Part shown: positions 1 to 10,853 of the stretch, in pieces
Numbering within the stretch: position 1 is the first letter of the stretch
How the letters are laid out: each line of letters starts with the position of its first letter
Source: Octopus bimaculoides
Taxonomy: Eukaryota
DNA: 36,012 nt
Direction of reading: 5' to 3'
NCBI RefSeq assembly: GCF_001194135.2
Contig: NC_068990.1
Span: forward strand, 42,752,409 to 42,788,420
Made by a program: the position numbers and the translations under genes
Notes under the pieces: model-generated
What the model saw: the letters and a program-made list of their open reading frames with translations, nothing else
Database searches by the model: none
Told to the model about the DNA's origin: nothing

Positions 1-236
1 GGGGGGGGGGGGTGTACCCGTGTGTGCACCAGTGTGTGTGTGTTTGTGTGTGAGTATGTGTTTTCGCTCATGCACACACTCATATATGTACATATTCACA
101 GAGGATAAAAGAGAAATGCAGACAACCAGAAAAACTGTTAAAATTAATACAGTACCAGATGTTTCCAGAAAATTGAACAATAATGTCTTCAATTTTAATA
201 CAATCGTACCTTATCGCCACTATGATAAATAATGAA

Positions 237-350
237 TTTGATTGATGGCTAATCTGACTGATGACAGTCAAATTGACAGAAAATCTTTGACTAATGGCCA
301 ATCTGACCAATGGTCAATATGACTGATGATCAAAGTGACTGATTGACCAA
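237..350. repeat. Degenerate ~16-bp minisatellite (unit ~YTGACTAATGGCCAAT)
   Basis: Successive units TTGATTGATGGCTAAT, CTGACTGATGACAGTCAAA, TTGACTAATGGCCAAT, CTGACCAATGGTCAAT, ATGACTGATGATCAAA, GTGACTGATTGACCAA. Confidence 0.6.
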
Positions 351-404
351 GGGTCATTCTCACCAATAGTAATCTTGATATGATAATCATTCTTTACTTT
401 TCTG

Positions 405-427
405 ACATATATACATACACATACAGA

Positions 428-464
<37 letters not shown>

Positions 465-675
465 ATGCACACATACACACACACCTGCACACACATACAC
501 ACACACTGACACTCACACACATATACATATACATCTATTTATAAATATATATTATATATACATAGATATATACATACACACACACACATAAATATATAAA
601 ACATATATATGTATATATACATAAATATATTTATTATATATGGTTTACATATATATGTGTATGTATATATATACA
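405..675. repeat. Compound (CA)n/(TA)n microsatellite
   Basis: Direct reading of dinucleotide runs. Confidence 0.95.
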
Positions 676-1180
676 TCATGTGAAAGAAGGGCACTTACCC
701 TCAAATCGTTTTCCGCGGTATCACAAAAATGACATTGTATTTGTAATAGCCACAGCATGGCCCCCACACCCTATTGTAATATGTTGGTGGAGACAGAATA
801 CAGCCATTCACTCTGACCACTGCTTCCACTGAAGGTTAAGCTAACTTTGTTCTTCGTTTGCGTGAGATGTGAGAAGTGAAATAGCCAGGTCACTTAATTA
901 GTTTGACTGGCTGGCTGGTCGGTTGGTTAGCTGGTTGGTTCATTGGCTGGCTGGCTGGCTGGTTTGTTGGTCTTTAATCAATCTACCTGTTGTTGAATGT
1001 TGGCTCTCATTAAAAGCGTATAGATTAGCTAAGGTTAATAGCAGATTATATATATGCATGCATTCAGATGTACACACACACACATACATGCATACACAGA
1101 CACACATGTTTAAGTGTATAGATGAAAGAGACTACTTTCCACAGTGTTTATGTTTATGATTTGCATTAAATCATCAACTG

Positions 1181-1184
<4 letters not shown>

Positions 1185-1234
<50 letters not shown>

Positions 1235-1619
1235 TGTACTTACTTATATAGAAACATACACATACACACACACATACATATACATATATATGTATGTATG
1301 TATGTAAGAATGTACGCATGTGTGTGTGCATGCGCTCATGCACAGTTATATTCATAGAGAGACACACATTTACATGCCCATGTTATTATGTTTATGCAAC
1401 ATCCTATAACATAAGTGTATTGCAAAGTAGTAAGGGATTATTTTCTTCAATCTGAAATCTTTTAATCTCTCAATCAAACATACATACATAGATACCTGCA
1501 TACATATACACGTACATCCATATGTACATACATACATACATATATACATACATACATACATACATCCATCAGTTCATGCATACATACATACAAGTATACA
1601 TACATGCATGTGCACAGAC

Positions 1620-1671
<52 letters not shown>

Positions 1672-1750
1672 GTATACACACACATACTTATAGAAACACA
1701 CACACACACATATATAGATATGTATACAAGCATACAATTACACATATATC
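1185..1750. repeat. Compound (TA)n/(CA)n/(TACA)n microsatellite block
   Basis: Direct reading; this block generates the YIYI/HTHT/CVCV pseudo-ORFs. Confidence 0.95.
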
Positions 1751-1906
1751 TGTAAACATTTAATTATAAACAAGAAGAAACATGAGTATTCTCTACTGGA
1801 AGTAGAGAGACAAAACATTTATTTAAGCTGTAACTTCAAATGTCACAATTCCAAGTTCCATATATCCAATATCTGGCCACTATTTGAAACTTCAGTTTTG
1901 TATATA

Positions 1907-2062
1907 TCATCTTCATCATTGTCTCGTTTAATGTCCGCCTTCCATGTTGGCATGGGTGGGACTGTTTGACAGGAGCCAGCCAAGCAGAAGGTTGCACCAG
2001 ACTTCTGTGACTGTTTTGGCAGTATTTTTACAGATGGATGCCTTTCCTAACACCAACCACTG
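1907..2062 (-). mobile_element. 3' fragment of a (GAT)n-tailed retroposon (SINE or LINE tail)
   Basis: Reverse complement reads GGTTGGTGTTAGGAAAGGCATCCATCTGTAAAAA...GGAAGGCGGACATTAAACGA then GAT-like repeats. Homologous pieces occur at ~15960-16110 (+), ~18060-18180 (+), ~24975-25110 (-) and 33670-33707 (-). Confidence 0.7.
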
Positions 2063-2411
2063 TAAAATTGATCAAAATTACATGATATGGAAACTCTGGT
2101 GCCTATGACAGACGAATTTCATCTGCTATGATGTATGCATTTGCTTTTATGCACAAAAGGCCTAAATGAGAGGATTTCTTAAGGCTAATAACACAGTATT
2201 TGATGTTCTAACAAGGCACCCATATTAAATGGGATATAGAAATTATTTTTGGTGTTAATACTGCTTCAGTTACAAATAATTAATTTATATTATATTATAT
2301 TATATTATATATTATTTATTTATCATTTTATTATTATATGTAAACCTCCACATTTTATGTCTGTATCCGTATTGTCCCCCTCATCTTTCACCTTTGTGGC
2401 AAATAAATGAA

Positions 2412-2474
<63 letters not shown>

Positions 2475-2560
2475 TTTACACTGGCGTCAATGCAATCGAC
2501 ACATCTCCTGCCCTCAAATGGCTGCTCTTGTGGCAAAATTTGAAGCCATTATTATTATTA

Positions 2561-2757
2561 TTCAGTAATCTTATTTTTATCATGTACTATAAGTGCATTA
2601 CTGAGCACAGCTCTGTGCATCTTGGGTATGTGCTGTGTTTTGTTGTGGTGCTCTTCTTTTCACTGTATTGAAAGTATTTTACACAGGACGTGTGTGGTGC
2701 CGAGAAGTGCTATTTTCTGTTAGTTATATATACTTGTAAATCCTGATGTTTTAAGTT
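2561..2757 (-). mobile_element. Short 3' end of an R4/Dong-like REL LINE (second, diverged copy)
   Basis: Minus strand translates to TSGFTSIYN*QKIALLGTTHVLCKILSIQ*, matching the C-terminus of the adjacent copy (TPGLTNIYNIQKIALLGTAHILRKTLSIQ). It shares the 3' UTR and ends in ACTGAA followed by (TAA)n. Confidence 0.8.
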
Positions 2758-2784
2758 GCTATTATTATTATTATTATTATTATT

Positions 2785-4066
2785 GTTCAGTAGTTTTATT
2801 TTTATAACATGCTTTCACTTCACTACCGAGCGCAGCTCTGTGCGCCTTGGGTATGTGCTGTGGTGCTCTTATGGTTCCTGTATTGAAAGTGTTTTACGTA
2901 AGATGTGTGCAGTGCCCAGTAGTGCAATTTTCTGTATATTATATATATTTGTAAGTCCTGGTGTTTTTGTTATGTATTTGTCTGAATATTTTTTTATTAT
3001 ACCTAAGGCACCTACTATAATAGGAATTGTTTCTGTTTTTAGATTCCACATTCGAGTTACCTCTATTTCCAGGTCTTTGTATTTTGAAAGTTTTTCCATT
3101 TCTTTTAGAGNNNNNNNNNNNNNNNNNNNNNNNNNNNNNNNNNNNNNNNNNNNNNNNNNNNNNNNNNNNNNNNNNNNNNNNNNNNNNNNNNNNNNNNNNN
3201 NNNNNNNNNNNNNNNNNNNNNNNNNNNNNNNNNNNNNNNNNNNNNNNNNNNNNNNNNNNNNNNNNNNNNNNNNNNNNNNNNNNNNNNNNNNNNNNNNNNN
3301 NNNNNNNNNNNNNNNNNNNNNNNNNNNNNNNNNNNNNNNNNNNNNNNNNNNNNNNNNNNNNNNNNNNNNNNNNNNNNNNNNNNNNNNNNNNNNNNNNNNN
3401 NNNNNNNNNNNNNNNNNNNNNNNNNNNNNNNNNNNNNNNNNNNNNNNNNNNNNNNNNNNNNNNNNNNNNNNNNNNNNNNNNNNNNNNNNNNNNNNNNNNN
3501 NNNNNNNNNNNNNNNNNNNNNNNNNNNNNNNNNNNNNNNNNNNNNNNNNNNNNNNNNNNNNNNNNNNNNNNNNNNNNNNNNNNNNNNNNNNNNNNNNNNN
3601 NNNNNNNNNNNNNNNNNNNNNNNNNNNNNNNNNNNNNNNNNNNNNNNNNNNNNNNNNNNNNNNNNNNNNNNNNNNNNNNNNNNNNNNNNNNNNNNNNNNN
3701 NNNNNNNNNNNNNNNNNNNNNNNNNNNNNNNNNNNNNNNNNNNNNNNNNNNNNNNNNNNNNNNNNNNNNNNNNNNNNNNNNNNNNNNNNNNNNNNNNNNN
3801 NNNNNNNNNNNNNNNNNNNNNNNNNNNNNNNNNNNNNNNNNNNNNNNNNNNNNNNNNNNNNNNNNNNNNNNNNNNNNNNNNNNNNNNNNNNNNNNNNNNN
3901 NNNNNNNNNNNNNNNNNNNNNNNNNNNNNNNNTAATTCTTGAATTTGTTGCAATTGGAATTCACTTAGATATTCCTTTGCCTGTTTTGTTACTGAGTAAG
4001 ATGCTTTCTTGCTTTCATATTTTAAGACAAGTTTAAGCATCCAGTCCTCAGAGTTTTTCAGATAGG
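2785..4066 (-). mobile_element. 5'-truncated R4/Dong-clade non-LTR retrotransposon (post-RT region to REL C-terminus), interrupted by an assembly gap
   Basis: ORF 2869-3099 EKLSKYKDLEIEVTRMWNLKTETIPIIVGALGIIKK...ALLGTAHILRKTL is the typical REL C-terminus (K..KY.DL, P+++GALG, LLGTA.ILR). Across the gap, 3933-4066 reads YLKNSEDWMLKLVLKYESKKASYSVTKQAKEYL on the same strand. Both ends abut (TAA)n. Confidence 0.8.
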
Positions 4067-4096
4067 TTATTATTATTATTATTATTTTTCAGATAG

Positions 4097-4149
<53 letters not shown>

Positions 4150-4192
4150 CATCATCATCATCATCATCATCATCATCGTTATTATTATTATT

Positions 4193-4407
4193 AAGACAGC
4201 AAGCTGGCAGAATCATTAGCACTGTGGGCAAAATGCTTAGCAGTATTAAGTCTGCCGTTATATTCTGAATTCAAATTTTGCTGAGGTCAACTTTGTCTTT
4301 CATCCTTTTGGGGTCAATGAAATCAGGACCAGTTTCGCACTGAGGTCAATGTATTCGACTAGCCCCCAACTCTCAAAATTTCAGGCTTTGTGCTTATAGT
4401 AGAAAGG

Positions 4408-4410
<3 letters not shown>
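4193..4410 (+). mobile_element. tRNA-derived SINE, family A, with (ATT)n tail
   Basis: Head GCAAGCTGGCAGAATCATTAGC (A-box-like), TTCTGAATTCAAATT (B-box-like), body CTTTCATCCTTTTGGGGTCAAT, end GTAGAAAGG plus (ATT)n. Multiple homologous copies lie in the window. Confidence 0.85.
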
Positions 4411-4487
<77 letters not shown>

Positions 4488-4497
4488 CATTATTATT

Positions 4498-4714
4498 AAG
4501 GCAGAGAGCTGGCAAAATCATGAGCATGCCAAGCGAAATGCTTGGTAGCATTTCATCTGTCGTTACATTCTGAGTTCAAATTCCACCGATGTCGACTTTG
4601 CCTTTCATCCTTTCGGGGTCGATAAATTAAGTACTAGTAAAACACTGGGGTTGATGTAATCAACTAGTCCCTCCACTCCAAGTTTCATGCCTTGTGCCTT
4701 TAGAAGAAAGGATT
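4498..4714 (+). mobile_element. SINE family A copy
   Basis: Colinear with 4193-4410 (GAGCTGGCAAAATC, TTCTGAGTTCAAATTCC, GACTTTGCCTTTCATCCTTTCGGGGTCGAT, AGAAAGG-(ATT)n). Confidence 0.85.
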
Positions 4715-4740
4715 ATTATTATTATTATTATTATCATCAT

Positions 4741-5187
4741 CTTTGCTTTTGTACAGCTTCTAATGCCGGAGATGTACTACAATGTCAGCTGTTCACTACC
4801 AGTGAACTAAGGTAGCACCTATTATTTTTCGAGCACCATCCGGAGTATTCGTGTGGTTCCAAGCAGTGTTGTTTTCTACAAGTGCTCCACCTTTATTGCA
4901 GCCCCTATTTGTTCCATGTACTTCTCAAGATTTTTACTCACTGTTCCTAGGGCTCCGACAATTATTGGTACTACTGCTACCATTCTCATCGACTACAACT
5001 GCTTAACTTCCCAAGCTAAACTGTCATATCTGTCGACTTTTCTTTCATCCTTATCGCATACCTTGTTGTCAGCTGGGCATGCTATATCTATGATCCAGCA
5101 TAGTTTGTTTTCTTTTTCAATTAAGACTATGTCTGGCTTCCTATTCTCTATTTCATGGTCGCACTGAATCATAAAATCCCATAGGTG
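4741..5187 (-). mobile_element. 3' fragment of a second R4/Dong-like REL LINE family (endonuclease domain, with stop codons)
   Basis: Minus strand reads LWDFMIQCDHEIENRKPDIVLIEKENKLCWIIDIACPADNKVCDKDERKVDRYDSLAWEVKQL*...VPIIVGALGTVSKNLEKY...LLGTTRILRMVL. This contains the R-x-PD...D..P...K..Y restriction-like endonuclease signature. The 3' end runs into (TAA)n. Confidence 0.85.
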
Positions 5188-5228
5188 GCAGTTCATCTGT
5201 CTTTACATTCTGAGTTCAAATTCCGTTA

Positions 5229-5271
<43 letters not shown>

Positions 5272-5672
5272 GATGATGATGATGATTATTNNNNNNNNNN
5301 NNNNNNNNNNNNNNNNNNNNNNNNNNNNNNNNNNNNNNNNNNNNNNNNNNNNNNNNNNNNNNNNNNNNNNNNNNNNNNNNNNNNNNNNNNNNNNNNNNNN
5401 NNNNNNNNNNNNNNNNNNNNNNNNNNNNNNNNNNNNNNNNNNNNNNNNNNNNNNNNNNNNNNNNNNNNNNNNNNNNNNNNNNNNNNNNNNNNNNNNNNNN
5501 NNNNNNNNNNNNNNNNNNNNNNNNNNNNNNNNNNNNNNNNNNNNNNNNNNNNNNNNNNNNNNNNNNNNNNNNNNNNNNNNNNNNNNNNNNNNNNNNNNNN
5601 NNNNNNNNNNNNNNNNNNNNNNNNNNNNNNNNNNNNNNNNNNNNNNNNNNNNNNNNNNNNNNNNNNNNNNNN

Positions 5673-5869
5673 GTCGACTTTTCTTTCATCCTTATCGCAT
5701 ACCTTGTTGTCAGCTGGGCATGCTATATCTATGATCCAGCATAGTTTGTTTTCTTTTTCAATTAAGACTATGTCTGGCTTCCTATTCTCTATTTCATGGT
5801 CGCACTGAATCATAAAATCCCATAGGTGGCATTTCATCTGTCTTTACATTCTGAGTTCAAATTCCGTTA

Positions 5870-5912
<43 letters not shown>

Positions 5913-5930
5913 GATGATGATGATGATTAT
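5673..5930 (-). other. Near-identical duplicate of ~5030-5290 across an assembly gap (probable assembly or haplotype artefact)
   Basis: Sequence after the gap repeats the sequence before it, including the (ATT)n/(GAT)n tract. I noticed one substitution (GGCAGTTC vs GGCATTTC). Confidence 0.75.
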
Positions 5931-5940
5931 TATTATTATT

Positions 5941-6152
5941 AAGGTGGCAAGCTGGAAGAATCATTAGCATGCTGGATGAAATGCTTGCGGTATTTCGCTC
6001 ATCACTATGTTCCAAGTTCAAATTCTGTCAAGTTCAACTTTGCCTTTCATCCTTTCAATGTCAATCAATTAAGTACCAGTGAAACACTAGGGTCAATATA
6101 ATTGATTCATCTCCCTGCCCAAAATGGCTGCCCTTGTGGAAAAATTTGAAGC

Positions 6153-6153
<1 letters not shown>
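5941..6153 (+). mobile_element. SINE family A copy, alternative tail variant
   Basis: Same head and body as 4193-4410, but the tail is AAAATGGCTGCCCTTGTGGAAAAATTTGAAGCC-(ATT)n. That tail is also seen as a fragment at ~2480-2548. Confidence 0.8.
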
Positions 6154-6196
<43 letters not shown>

Positions 6197-6222
6197 TTAT
6201 TATTAATTATTAGTATTATTAG

Positions 6223-6432
6223 TAAGGCAGGAAGCTAGCAGAATCATTAGGATACCAGGCAAAATGGCTAGCGGCATTTCATCCATTTTTATGTTCTGAG
6301 TTCAAATTCTGCTGAGATTGACTTTGCTTTTCATCCTTTTGGGTTCAATGAAATAAATACCAATTGAGCAATGGGGTCGACGTAATCAACTAGCCCCCAC
6401 TCTCTCTAAATGTGCCTTTAGTAGAAAGAATT
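6223..6432 (+). mobile_element. SINE family A copy
   Basis: AAGGCAGGAAGCTAGCAGAATCATTAG...TTCTGAGTTCAAATTC...GTAGAAAGA-(ATT)n. Confidence 0.8.
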
Positions 6433-6476
6433 ATTATTATTATTATTGTTAGTGTTGTTGTTGCTGTTACTGTTAC

Positions 6477-6642
6477 TTAAAACAGTTTGATTCAGCCCCA
6501 TGCAACTTAAAAGTTTTATTGGCTTGTAACAGAAACCTAGCTCATCAAGCTCAATTAGTAGAACCTAGCTGAGCCCGGCAAGCTAGGTTACTATTAGAAG
6601 CCTATAAGTCCATGTTGCATGGGGCAAATCAAATTGTTTTAA
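6477..6642. mobile_element. Small palindromic MITE-like element
   Basis: Terminal inverted repeats of ~30 bp: TTAAAACAGTTTGATTCAGCCCCATGCAAC versus the reverse complement of the right end, TTAAAACAATTTGATTTGCCCCATGCAAC. An internal hairpin AACCTAGCT-N10-AGCTAGGTT is present. Confidence 0.65.
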
Positions 6643-6689
6643 ATAATGATAAATGTGATTCCTACTTTCATTCATTTGTCCACTCACCC

Positions 6690-6690
6690 A

Positions 6691-6768
<78 letters not shown>
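6690..6768. repeat. (TATC)n microsatellite running into a gap
   Basis: Direct reading. Confidence 0.95.
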
Positions 6769-7790
6769 NNNNNNNNNNNNNNNNNNNNNNNNNNNNNNNN
6801 NNNNNNNNNNNNNNNNNNNNNNNNNNNNNNNNNNNNNNNNNNNNNNNNNNNNNNNNNNNNNNNNNNNNNNNNNNNNNNNNNNNNNNNNNNNNNNNNNNNN
6901 NNNNNNNNNNNNNNNNNNNNNNNNNNNNNNNNNNNNNNNNNNNNNNNNNNNNNNNNNNNNNNNNNNNNNNNNNNNNNNNNNNNNNNNNNNNNNNNNNNNN
7001 NNNNNNNNNNNNNNNNNNNNNNNNNNNNNNNNNNNNNNNNNNNNNNNNNNNNNNNNNNNNNNNNNNNNNNNNNNNNNNNNNNNNNNNNNNNNNNNNNNNN
7101 NNNNNNNNNNNNNNNNNNNNNNNNNNNNNNNNNNNNNNNNNNNNNNNNNNNNNNNNNNNNNNNNNNNNNNNNNNNNNNNNNNNNNNNNNNNNNNNNNNNN
7201 NNNNNNNNNNNNNNNNNNNNNNNNNNNNNNNNNNNNNNNNNNNNNNNNNNNNNNNNNNNNNNNNNNNNNNNNNNNNNNNNNNNNNNNNNNNNNNNNNNNN
7301 NNNNNNNNNNNNNNNNNNNNNNNNNNNNNNNNNNNNNNNNNNNNNNNNNNNNNNNNNNNNNNNNNNNNNNNNNNNNNNNNNNNNNNNNNNNNNNNNNNNN
7401 NNNNNNNNNNNNNNNNNNNNNNNNNNNNNNNNNNNNNNNNNNNNNNNNNNNNNNNNNNNNNNNNNNNNNNNNNNNNNNNNNNNNNNNNNNNNNNNNNNNN
7501 NNNNNNNNNNNNNNNNNNNNNNNNNNNNNNNNNNNNNNNNNNNNNNNNNNNTTTTTTTTTTTTTTTTCCTTCCTTCCCCCTCCCAAAAAGAAAAGCTCTA
7601 CATTGTATTTGTCCCATCTTCGTTGAGCCCTGTGTGGCTAATAAAAGAAATGTATCTTTATATACATATATATATATATATATGTATATATGTATAGAAA
7701 GAGAGAGAAAGTGGGAGAGAGAGAAGGTGGGAGAGAGAGAAACATACATATACTTATGCATATATAGGTACATATACAAGCATACACATA

Positions 7791-7826
<36 letters not shown>

Positions 7827-8213
7827 TGTGTATATATAGTTGGAACTTACAAAAAAACAAACAAAACAAAAGACAAAGATGGATGTGTAAACAACAAACA
7901 GATGTATTAGTTTAACACTCAGGAAGTGAGAAAGTCTTTTACGTTTTGAGCAAATGCTCTTCAACAGAAAGGAACACAGAAATAAACAGAAAGAGAAACA
8001 CACACGCACACACACACACACACACACGCACACACACACACATATATATAAATTAACAAACTATGGAAGACTATTTCTTCAAAGGGGTGTATGAAACATC
8101 CAATTCACTGGTATGTCAATTGAATACCATATAAATATGTGCATAAGGCAAATTACAAAGATAAAATTAGTGAGATATTTAATGATAATTATATATAATA
8201 CTTTGGTCAGCTG

Positions 8214-8784
8214 TAAGCAAATGTGTACCAACAAGGAGAACTATAACCATCATTGAATATGACTGAAGGGTGTTATAAACACCTGCATTGCTAGAAATAA
8301 GAGCTAAATACTCTAATGCTGCAGTCAAAACACATAATTGTATACATACATGCTGACAGGGACCATAATAGCCCGGACCTAGCAATGTAGGAGTTTATAA
8401 CACACTCAGTCATATTTAATGACAGCTACAGTTCTCCTTGTTTGTACACATCTGCTTATAAAATAAATTATTTGTATACACATTAGCGATTTGCTAAATC
8501 ATCCATGGATTTCTATGGCATAGACATATATGATGAGAATGATTATCGTCCAGAATCAGCCAAGTCAAACTGATTGTACTGAAGAGGCTACAGCAAAAAC
8601 CCAGAATTGACCAATCAGTCTGGAAATATCTCGTCTGCTGCTTTTCAGGCTATTACAGTCCCTGTCAGCATGTATGTGTACAATTATGTGCTTTGATTGC
8701 AGCATTAGACCATTGAGCTCTTATTTCTAGCAATGTAGGTGTTTATAACACCTTCAGTCATTTTTAATAACGGTTATAGTTCTC
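8214..8784. mobile_element. Composite foldback/MITE with nested inverted repeats
   Basis: 8214-8294 is inverted at 8379-8458. The longer segment 8235-8374 is inverted at 8647-8784 (GAGAACTATAACC...GACTGAAGG(G)TGTTATAAACACCTRCATTGCTAGAAATAAGAGCT...CATACATGCTGACAGGGAC). Confidence 0.75.
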
Positions 8785-8814
8785 TCTCTCTCTCTTACTC
8801 TATATGTATATATG

Positions 8815-8855
<41 letters not shown>

Positions 8856-9034
8856 CACACAAATAAAGAATATTTTTCTACCAATATGGTGTTGAGCTCT
8901 CAATTTCACTGTGTTTCATATTCACACACACACACACACACACATACACATGCATACATGCATATTTACTTATATTACTTACTAGCAGAGATACCCAGTA
9001 TTGCTTGGGGTTAAAATGGCATAGTTTTTTATTG

Positions 9035-9240
9035 TCTTACTTATTTCAGTCATGTGACTGCAGACATGCTGGAGCATCACCTTTAGTCAAAGAAATCGAC
9101 CCCAAGATTTATTCTTTGTAAGCCTATTACTTATTCTATCAGAGTGTTTATGCCAAACATCTAAGTTACGGGAATGTAAACACAGCAACATGGGTTCTCA
9201 AGCGATGGTAAGGGTACAAACACAGATGCACACACACATT
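9035..9240 (-). mobile_element. SINE family C, 3' half
   Basis: Reverse complement of the 25204-25586 tail (TTTCAGTCATGTGACTGCAGACATGCTGGAGCATCACCTTTAGTC...GACCCCAAGATTTATTCTTTGTAAGCC), followed by its internal CA/TA microsatellite. Confidence 0.8.
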
Positions 9241-9316
9241 CACACAGACACACACATATACACACACATATATATATATATACATATACATATATATATA
9301 TGTGTATATATATATT

Positions 9317-9384
<68 letters not shown>

Positions 9385-10853
9385 NNNNNNNNNNNNNNNN
9401 NNNNNNNNNNNNNNNNNNNNNNNNNNNNNNNNNNNNNNNNNNNNNNNNNNNNNNNNNNNNNNNNNNNNNNNNNNNNNNNNNNNNNNNNNNNNNNNNNNNN
9501 NNNNNNNNNNNNNNNNNNNNNNNNNNNNNNNNNNNNNNNNNNNNNNNNNNNNNNNNNNNNNNNNNNNNNNNNNNNNNNNNNNNNNNNNNNNNNNNNNNNN
9601 NNNNNNNNNNNNNNNNNNNNNNNNNNNNNNNNNNNNNNNNNNNNNNNNNNNNNNNNNNNNNNNNNNNNNNNNNNNNNNNNNNNNNNNNNNNNNNNNNNNN
9701 NNNNNNNNNNNNNNNNNNNNNNNNNNNNNNNNNNNNNNNNNNNNCACAGATTCAAATTCTACCACAAATCCAGATGCCTAAATGACCATACAGTATATTT
9801 CCACAATATCCCTTAAGTAATCCCATTAACCTTATAATTCTGCATTTTATCTCCTAATCCCTGTCTAATTCCTCTTTCATACTCGAATATCACAACCATT
9901 TAATTATATTCATGTGTATATGCGTGCTTACATATATGCATTTGAGTGTGTGTCTGTGTGTGTGTGTGTGTATGTATATATGCAAGGTATATATACCTGC
10001 GTGTGCAGTGGAGATAATACATACAGATACACATATATATGGGTGTCCATGTCTACATATATATATATGAGTACATGTTGTATGTGTAGGTGTTGATATG
10101 TATAAATATCTATATACATGTTTAATGTATGCATGTGTATACATCATCACATATACATATTCTTCTACTACTAAGCACTGACCTGTCTAACCAACCTAAC
10201 CTATATTCCCAAATTCTTCATTCTACCATTTTACTATCCCTACCCCCTCTCTCCTTTCACTTTAGCTCTATCACTACATACCTGACACTCCTTTACTCTC
10301 TACACTCTCATACCTCTCTCTCTACCACCCATCACCCCCCATTCCTTCTATCTGACACCCCTTTTACTCTTTACCCTATCATCTTTCTACATAATCATAT
10401 CTTTCTCTCTCTCTCTCTATCACCCTCACCTCCCCATTCCTACTATCAATTTATCTTGACTGACCACTAACCAATACACTTTTCCTCTCTTCATCTCTTT
10501 ATTATCTCTCCCCCCCGCTTTTTTTCTATTTTTTCTATCTTCTTTTCTTTATTCCTCTCTTCTTGTTTTCGATTTGAAATTACAGATACATTCCCTACTT
10601 TTAGGTCACTTTAAATAAAACCCTCGATTCAATAACACCGTGTACAAACACTATACTGGAAATGACCAATTTTAAATACTATTGAAACTTACTCAGAAGG
10701 TACTGGAATCTTATATGTATACCATTCTGCCGAAATAATGGATCTACATATGCAATATCCCTGCATATCTCATATCTATTTTCATTCCTCCACTTCACTC
10801 TCTATTTCATATCTTACCTAAAATAACTATTGCTTAACCATTTTCTCACACAA

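Noticed and set aside
255-300. CTGATGA...GAAA spacing resembling a second hammerhead
   Set aside because: There is no stem III or NUH triplet and no stem I. It arises by chance within the TGAC-rich 16-bp minisatellite.
699-770. Possible 72-nt minus-strand exon (GVGAMLWLLQIQCHFCDTAENDLR) with a GTAAGT donor at 698
   Set aside because: The acceptor is weak and the peptide is unrecognisable. The segment looks more like a fragment of an interspersed repeat, which I cannot verify without a search.
5030-5930. Apparent tandem duplication of the REL LINE/SINE junction
   Set aside because: The copies are nearly identical and sit on either side of an N gap, which is typical of an unmerged contig overlap or two haplotypes.
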